Part shown: piece after piece, positions 58,371-64,000 of the stretch
Numbering within the stretch: position 1 is the first letter of the stretch
Layout: every line of letters starts with the position of its first letter
Assembly (NCBI GenBank): GCA_030428125.1
Contig: JAUIBF010000001.1
Location: 234,383-298,382, forward strand
Source of the DNA: a bacterium
GTDB taxonomy: Bacteria > Patescibacteriota > Saccharimonadia > Saccharimonadales > SZUA-47
Reading direction: 5' to 3'
DNA length: 64,000 bases
Program-made: the position numbers and the translations under genes
The notes under the pieces: model-generated
Databases searched by the model: none
Told to the model about the DNA's origin: nothing
What the model saw: only the letters and a program-made list of their open reading frames with translations

Positions 58371-59096
58371 ATGGAATTGCAGCTTGTTTTCGTATCTTTA
58401 ATAGCTGGGGCATTAACAATCCTTGCTCCTTGTATATTTCCTTTGCTTCCGATTCTGATAGGCACCAGTGTAGACGGAAAAGCCGATAGAAACAGAGCTT
58501 TTACTGTAATAGCTTCGCTTTTAATATCAATTGCTGCACTAACGCTTCTAATACATGGAACTTCTAACTTTTTCAATATAGATGAAGGGGTATTAAGAGG
58601 AATTAGCGCCACTATTCTTGTATTGATAGGTCTAGTTATGCTGTTCCCGAGAGTTTGGGAAAAATTAATAGCAAAACTTGGCCTAGGAACATCAAGCAAT
58701 AAATGGTTAGGTAAGGCCATGTCTAAGGGTGGTAGGAGTGGAGATATCTTAATTGGTGCGGCCTTGGGGCCGGTTTTTTCAAGTTGTAGCCCGACATATG
58801 GAGTAATAATTGCTACTATTTTGCCGGCAGATTTTGCTGAAGGTACATTTTACTTGCTCTGGTATTTATTAGGTTTAGGACTTATGTTTGCTCTCATAGC
58901 GTTCTTGGGTCGCAAATTTATTTCCAAAATTTCATGGGCGACAGATCCAGAAGGTTGGTTTAAGCGATCAGTCGGTGCCCTATTCTTGCTAATTGGAGTT
59001 TCTATTTTCTTTGGTTGGGATAAAGATTTCGAAGCTTGGCTTCTGCAATTTGAGTTTTATAACAATTTAGTTAATTTTGAATTAGATTTGCTGTAA
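58371..59096 (+). CDS. ccdA: CcdA/DsbD-family thiol-disulfide transporter
   Basis: LAPCIFPLLPILIG and GPVFSSCSPTYG conserved-Cys helices. Six TM helices. Confidence 0.85.
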   Translation: MELQLVFVSLIAGALTILAPCIFPLLPILIGTSVDGKADRNRAFTVIASLLISIAALTLLIHGTSNFFNIDEGVLRGISATILVLIGLVMLFPRVWEKLIAKLGLGTSSNKWLGKAMSKGGRSGDILIGAALGPVFSSCSPTYGVIIATILPADFAEGTFYLLWYLLGLGLMFALIAFLGRKFISKISWATDPEGWFKRSVGALFLLIGVSIFFGWDKDFEAWLLQFEFYNNLVNFELDLL

Positions 59097-59158
59097 TTGA
59101 TTTAACTTCTTTTCATCGGTAGTGATTCCTGTATACTAGATACTCGTACAGGAGATTT

Positions 59159-61342
59159 ATGGCGAATAATAAGCTCGTTATCATATCAACGCGCTTGCCC
59201 GTGAGTGTTAGCAAGGTAAATGGAAAGTTACATTACTCCCAGAGCACTGGAGGGTTAGCTACCGGAGTCTCTACAGTTAGTAAATCTCGAGATAGCGTTT
59301 GGGTAGGATGGCCAGGCATAAGCTCCGACGAATTAACAGCTAAAGACAAAAAAGAGATTACAGAAGAGTTAAAAAAATACAAGTGCCATCCGGTGTTTCT
59401 CACAGAAGAAGAAATCGAGAATTTTTATTCAGGTTACTGTAATGCAACAATTTGGCCCCTACTCCATTACTTTACAAATATGACAGAGTTTAGTGACGAA
59501 TATTGGAAGTTTTATAAAAAAGTTAACCAGCTGTTCTATAAAGAAACTCGGCAATTTGTTAATGGGGGCTCGCAGATTTGGGTACATGATTATCAACTAA
59601 TGCTGCTACCTAATTTGATTCGTGAAAAACACCCTAATTCATTAATTGGATTTTTCTTGCACACGCCTTTCCCGTCGTTTGAAATATTTAGACTACTGCC
59701 CGAAAGAGAAGAATTGCTCAGAGGACTGCTGGGCGCCAACTTAATTGGTTTTCATACCTACGACTACGTTCGACACTTCTTAAGTAGTACCCTGCGAACT
59801 TTGGGATACGAGAGCAGTTTAGGAGTCATTCAGCTTGAGGATAGAGTCGTGCAAACCGATGCTTTCCCTATCGGAATCGACTACAAGAAGTTTGCAAAAT
59901 CTGGCAAGTCTAGATTAGTAAAAAGTACTATAAAATCTTTTGATTTATATAAAGAAAAGACCAAGGTCATCCTAGCCGTTGATAGGGCTGACTATACGAA
60001 AGGCATCCCAGCCCGTCTAGACGCCTTCGAGATGTTTTTGCAGAAACATCCGGAGTATATTGAAAAAGTTGTGATGGTTCTACTTGCCGCACCATCACGT
60101 GAAAATGTAGACGCATATCAGCAGCTACGTGAAGAAATCGAGCAAAAGATTAGTCGAATAAATGGCGAATACTCGACGGTGGACTGGTCGCCAATTACCT
60201 ACTTCCATAAATCAATGCCGCAAGAAGAGGTCAGTGCTCTTTACGCAATTGCTGATGTGATGCTCGTAACACCTTTACGCGATGGGATGAACCTCGTCGC
60301 GAAAGAGTATGTAGCAGCAAAGCATCGCCAAAAGGGAGTATTAGTATTGAGTGAGATGGCAGGAGTTGCCAGTGAGTTAACTGAAGCTCTTCAGGTGAAC
60401 CCAAATAACACCAAGCAAATTGCAAACGCAATTAACCAAGCTTTAAAAATGAAACCTTCGGAGCAAAAAAAGCGCATGCGAGCAATGCAAGACAGGATTT
60501 CAAGCTACACCATTAATAAGTGGGCAGAGGACTTCATCGCAGAACTAGAAGAGACAAAGAACAAAGAGAGTAGGCATCCAAAACTTCTGAGCGACAAAAA
60601 CAGAGGAAATCTAATAAATGATTATAAAAATGCGAATAGACGATTGATAATGCTTGATTATGACGGTACATTGAAAAGTTTTGTTGCATCTCCAGATAAA
60701 TCGCTTGCATACCCCTCATCCAAAGTTCGCAGGATAATCAGGCGCATGACTAATGATCCAGCAAATAAAGTCGTCATAGTGAGTGGCAGGCCAAAGAATA
60801 CTCTAGAGGCATTCTTCGAAGACAAAGGTTTAGGTTTAGTAGCAGAGCATGGCGCTTGGGTTTTTGATGCCGGTAACTGGGTTAAATCTTCGCTGACTTC
60901 TAAAAAATGGAAAAAGCCACTCATGCCAATCCTGCAGCAATTTGCCTCAAGGACTCCGGGTGCGGTGCTTGAAGAAAAAGATTTCTCCTTCGTTTGGCAC
61001 TACAGGAATGTGTCAGCAGATCTCGCATTTGTGCGAAAAGAAGAGCTTAAAATGGAACTTCATAACATACTTGGCGATTCAGAAATTGACGTTTTTGAAG
61101 GCGAGAAGATTCTGGAAGTTAAACCACGAAATATGCATAAAGGAGCGATTGTAACCGAGCTAGTTTCTCAGGAGCAGTGGGATTTTATTCTATGTATGGG
61201 GGATGACTATACTGACGAGGATATGTTCAGAGCCTTGCCCGAGCGTGCAAATTCTATTCATGTTGGATCGGGCGAAACCGAAGCTCGATACATAGTAGAA
61301 AGCGTCAAAGACGTTGTTAACCTGCTAAACGATCTCAAATAA
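59159..61342 (+). CDS. otsAB: bifunctional trehalose-6-phosphate synthase (GT20) / trehalose-6-phosphate phosphatase
   Basis: N-terminal OtsA motifs ([41 protein letters not shown]). C-terminal HAD phosphatase ([28 protein letters not shown]). Confidence 0.9.
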   Translation: MANNKLVIISTRLPVSVSKVNGKLHYSQSTGGLATGVSTVSKSRDSVWVGWPGISSDELTAKDKKEITEELKKYKCHPVFLTEEEIENFYSGYCNATIWPLLHYFTNMTEFSDEYWKFYKKVNQLFYKETRQFVNGGSQIWVHDYQLMLLPNLIREKHPNSLIGFFLHTPFPSFEIFRLLPEREELLRGLLGANLIGFHTYDYVRHFLSSTLRTLGYESSLGVIQLEDRVVQTDAFPIGIDYKKFAKSGKSRLVKSTIKSFDLYKEKTKVILAVDRADYTKGIPARLDAFEMFLQKHPEYIEKVVMVLLAAPSRENVDAYQQLREEIEQKISRINGEYSTVDWSPITYFHKSMPQEEVSALYAIADVMLVTPLRDGMNLVAKEYVAAKHRQKGVLVLSEMAGVASELTEALQVNPNNTKQIANAINQALKMKPSEQKKRMRAMQDRISSYTINKWAEDFIAELEETKNKESRHPKLLSDKNRGNLINDYKNANRRLIMLDYDGTLKSFVASPDKSLAYPSSKVRRIIRRMTNDPANKVVIVSGRPKNTLEAFFEDKGLGLVAEHGAWVFDAGNWVKSSLTSKKWKKPLMPILQQFASRTPGAVLEEKDFSFVWHYRNVSADLAFVRKEELKMELHNILGDSEIDVFEGEKILEVKPRNMHKGAIVTELVSQEQWDFILCMGDDYTDEDMFRALPERANSIHVGSGETEARYIVESVKDVVNLLNDLK

Positions 61343-61398
61343 CAGATTGAAAAAACACCCCTAAAAAGGTAAAATAACATAAGTCAAAAACCAGATAT

Positions 61399-61473
61399 TG
61401 GGGTGTAGCCAAGTGGTAAGGCAACGGGTTCTGGTCCCGTGATGCGTAGGTTCGAATCCTACCACCCCAGCCA
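61399..61473 (+). tRNA. tRNA-Gln (anticodon CTG), CCA encoded
   Basis: TGGGGTG-TA-GCCAAGTGGTAAGGC-A-ACGGG-TTCTGGT-CCCGT-GATGC-GTAGG-TTCGAAT-CCTAC-CACCCCA-G-CCA, with a U1:A72 pair. Confidence 0.9.
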
Positions 61474-61482
61474 AACTAGGAC

Positions 61483-61504
61483 ACCATCCATTCGGGTGGT
61501 TTTT
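61483..61504 (+). terminator. rho-independent terminator after tRNA-Gln
   Basis: Stem ACCATCC/GGGTGGT (one G-U pair), loop ATTC, then TTTT. Confidence 0.7.
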
Positions 61505-61630
61505 AGTTTGTTTTGGGATGCAGGATTGTTACGCGATCATAGATCGGGGTGAAATATGCCTGTGGCATATTGCAAGGCAATCTTCGCTTGCAAACTAGTT
61601 TGCAAAGTAGAAGTTGCGGGCCTGCTGGAA

Positions 61631-61694
61631 GCAGGTCGAATCCCTCCACCCTAGCCAAGAAAAAGTAATTAACTAAATCCCTCCATCCCAGCCA
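61631..61694 (+). repeat. two degenerate copies of the tRNA-Gln T-arm/acceptor 3' end
   Basis: GAATCCCTCCACCCTAGCCA (61638-61657) matches the genuine GAATCCTACCACCCCAGCCA (61454-61473) at 17 of 20 positions. AAATCCCTCCATCCCAGCCA (61675-61694) matches the first copy (61638-61657) at 17 of 20 positions and the genuine end at 16 of 20. Confidence 0.7.
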
Positions 61695-61772
61695 GGAATA
61701 AATAACTAACAAAGCCTCATACCTTAAAAATAGCAAACAATAAACAACCCCTCTTGTCCCCGGTTAAACGAA

Positions 61773-61820
61773 TTGACCTTAATCCTAATCAGAAGTATTA
61801 TCAATACAAGGTTGATAATA
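61773..61820 (+). promoter_or_regulatory. promoter TTGACC-17-TATTAT overlapped by a 9-7-9 inverted repeat (candidate operator)
   Basis: TTGACC at 61773-61778 and TATTAT at 61796-61801. TATTATCAA (61796-61804) pairs with TTGATAATA (61812-61820). Confidence 0.5.
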
Positions 61821-61835
61821 AGAGGGGATTTAGTT

Positions 61836-64000
61836 GTGAGTAAGAGATCAAAGAAAGATCGCGAGGGTTTTTGGGCGAGAGTAGCAGGCTTCTGGATGAA
61901 GCGCAGTGTGCTCTCGATTTTTATTATTGTGTTTTTACTTGCGTCAGGGGGCTATGTATATAGCTCTGTCATCTCGCGGGATGGCTTCCCGGCTTTAAGC
62001 TTGCCTCTCGTTCAAGTTTCGGTTGAACATGACATTGATAATACTATTGAAGCTGATGAAGAAATCGCAACTGTGCTTAATTCGACTGTTGGTGACATAG
62101 CAGAAGTAGAGGAAGTGCAAACTTCATCAGTAGAAGGCGCTGTTGTATCAGCGATAGTGCTTACACCCGGTAGTGATTCCGAACTTTTAAGTGAACAGAT
62201 TAAAAATGATTTAGATGAAGCCGGTTTAACAAATAGCGAAGTCCTAGAGTTGACACTCGATAACATTGGTTTCTCACTTTCTATTTCATCGACTGAGCTA
62301 GAAGGAAGAGAGCTGGAAGCACTTGCCACTAAGGTTGCCGATAGGTTAAAGCAAGAGGATGATTTGATTCTAGACGCAACAGCATCCAGTAACTACGATG
62401 CAAACGGAAACCTAATCGGATTTGGGCGATACGGTAGTCGAGATGATTCTGGTGAATTTACATTTTCATCCTCTGCGCCACTATTGCTGCAAAAGCAGGC
62501 AAGCGTAGATACACTGACGTTTTCTGATGAAGTAACAGTCCTGATTACTGAAGACTTGGTGTTAGACGGAACATTGCCTGAGCATGCCAACGTCGAATAT
62601 GTTGGTGACGGCGCACAAGCGATACGCGATCAAATAGCAGGCTTGGAGGTTAGTCTCTTCCAGTCGTTGGCTGTTGTCGCGGTCATGGTTATGGTTTTGG
62701 TCGGCTGGCGTGCTGCCGCTGTTTCAATCGTGTTTATCCCAACAGTTATGGCTGGAACAATACTGGTTATGTACGCATTAGGAGCAACACTAAACACCAT
62801 TTCGTTATTTGGATTATTGCTAGTACTTGGCCTATTTATAGACGACATTATCGTTATTGTTGAAGCTATAGATAAAGAACGTCAGCGAGGTCTGAAACGA
62901 ATTGATGCAGTTAAGGCTGCGCTTAGTAAGATTGGTTCTGCGGACGTCATGGGAAGTCTAACGACTATTGCCGTGTTCGTTCCACTCCTGACAATTACCG
63001 GGTTACTTGGTGAATTAGTCTTTGAGCTGCCTGAGGCAGTTATTATTGCGCTATCACTTTCCGTAGTGCTCGCACTAACGGCTTTCTTGTGGCTTTCATC
63101 ACTCACAGTTTCAAGGGGTGAAAAAGGCTCTGATTCTAAAGAAGCTAAAGATGATGACACCCATATTTTAGATAAGGTGCTTAACCCGATAACTAAAGTT
63201 GGGGCAGGAATAATCAATGCAATAGGTAATACGTTAGTTAAATTTGTATCAGGATATTTGAAAAGAAAAACGACTACCTTATTGGTCGCAATTTTCGGAA
63301 TTGTAGCTATAGTGCTCGGCGCTAGTTACGCTACAAAACTAGATTTCGAGATATTTCCTTCACCAGATGATTTGCCAGAAGTTAACTATAGCATCACTTT
63401 CAATGGTGCTAGTTCTGTAGAAGAGGCAGAAGAAATAGCCGCCGAAACTGATCAGCTAATCGTCGCTGAGCTCGGCGACCAAATAGAAAAGGTAGTTTAT
63501 TCAACAGGAACGATTCAATCTGCCGAAGTTGGGGTACAACTTGCAGAAGAACGAACGATGACTTCATCTGAGATCGAAGACGAGATCGCTTCGCTACTAG
63601 AAGAAAACGAAAAAGTTTCAGTTGCCTTCGGAGATCAAGGTGCGTTAGAAGCTCGATTTTCTGCAGATAGTATTGATGAACTGGTAACTTTGACAGCCGA
63701 AATACCTAGGTTTATCCAAACTCAAGATGGCGCTAATTTTGCAACCGTAGCACCGTTAACAAGCGTTGTACAGCGTTGGGATGATTCGCTTGTAGCTACA
63801 GCATTAATTAGTGTCGAAGACGATGTGACTTCAGATGATTTTTTCGAAACCTTAGGAGAGGATGCTGAAGCCGATGGCCTAGGGGTTGAAATAACAGCCG
63901 ACCAAGTAAATACACAAAATGCTATCGAAAAGAGTCAAGAAGATTCATTTAGTAGTATGGCGGTAGTATTCTTGGTTTCTATTGTGGCCGTGTCAATAAT
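61836..64000 (+). CDS. RND-superfamily transporter permease (AcrB/MMPL-like), 3' end beyond window
   Basis: Not in the ORF track because no stop is reached. I translated it by hand from the GTG at 61836 (AAGAGGGGA Shine-Dalgarno sequence) with no stop to the window edge. It has an N-terminal TM helix, a large loop, then TM-cluster motifs TLNTISLFGLLLVLGLFIDDIIVIVEAIDKE. Confidence 0.8.
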   Translation, partial: MSKRSKKDREGFWARVAGFWMKRSVLSIFIIVFLLASGGYVYSSVISRDGFPALSLPLVQVSVEHDIDNTIEADEEIATVLNSTVGDIAEVEEVQTSSVEGAVVSAIVLTPGSDSELLSEQIKNDLDEAGLTNSEVLELTLDNIGFSLSISSTELEGRELEALATKVADRLKQEDDLILDATASSNYDANGNLIGFGRYGSRDDSGEFTFSSSAPLLLQKQASVDTLTFSDEVTVLITEDLVLDGTLPEHANVEYVGDGAQAIRDQIAGLEVSLFQSLAVVAVMVMVLVGWRAAAVSIVFIPTVMAGTILVMYALGATLNTISLFGLLLVLGLFIDDIIVIVEAIDKERQRGLKRIDAVKAALSKIGSADVMGSLTTIAVFVPLLTITGLLGELVFELPEAVIIALSLSVVLALTAFLWLSSLTVSRGEKGSDSKEAKDDDTHILDKVLNPITKVGAGIINAIGNTLVKFVSGYLKRKTTTLLVAIFGIVAIVLGASYATKLDFEIFPSPDDLPEVNYSITFNGASSVEEAEEIAAETDQLIVAELGDQIEKVVYSTGTIQSAEVGVQLAEERTMTSSEIEDEIASLLEENEKVSVAFGDQGALEARFSADSIDELVTLTAEIPRFIQTQDGANFATVAPLTSVVQRWDDSLVATALISVEDDVTSDDFFETLGEDAEADGLGVEITADQVNTQNAIEKSQEDSFSSMAVVFLVSIVAVSI

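Noticed and set aside
62012-63217. Four Ser/Ala/Thr-rich minus-strand ORFs (62012-62329, 62393-62590, 62630-62848, 62882-63217)
   Set aside because: They are antisense shadows of the long plus-strand RND transporter frame, which has clear family motifs.

Overview
The window is a gene-dense, mostly plus-strand stretch of a small bacterial chromosome that uses the standard genetic code; TGA ends alaS, ligA, trmD and other genes. Recognisable content is mainly core information processing and repair (alaS 3' part, ruvX, obg, sbcB, uvrA, uvrC, ligA, leuS, nusB, rnc, trmD, rpsP, rpmF, rplY, secG). It also includes cell-envelope genes (FtsA-like, mltG, LysM/CHAP hydrolase, L,D-transpeptidase, MurF-like, ddl, class IV aminotransferase) and a seven-gene thiol-redox locus. 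Other calls are sodN-sodX (Ni superoxide dismutase plus its protease), a fused trehalose-6-P synthase/phosphatase, an ABC exporter, a partial RND-type transporter and four tRNAs (Leu-GAG, Val-TAC, Ala-GGC, Gln-CTG). Gene content and compactness suggest a reduced-genome CPR/Patescibacteria organism, possibly Saccharibacteria-like; this is inference, since no rRNA is present. I found no CRISPR array, integrase, transposase or recognisable defence system. The points most worth a second look are as follows. (1) Eleven lysine-poor orphan ORFs sit between core genes, including a three-gene operon at 1005-2273 and a pair next to a WhiB-like gene. (2) The WhiB-like reading frame is broken inside a G6(TGG)4 tract. 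(3) Three integration-scar-like duplications exist without any integrase: the alaS 3' end, a tRNA-Gln 3' end present three times, and a tRNA-Ala/tmRNA-like acceptor fragment beside a structured 180-nt region. (4) A promoter-plus-terminator-bounded ORF-free transcript of about 215 nt occupies the position where rimM is normally found. (5) Many genes have an extended -10 box 8-11 nt before the start codon, implying leaderless mRNAs. All coordinates and base pairings were derived by hand from the sequence. No database search was possible, so every homology statement is motif-level recognition.
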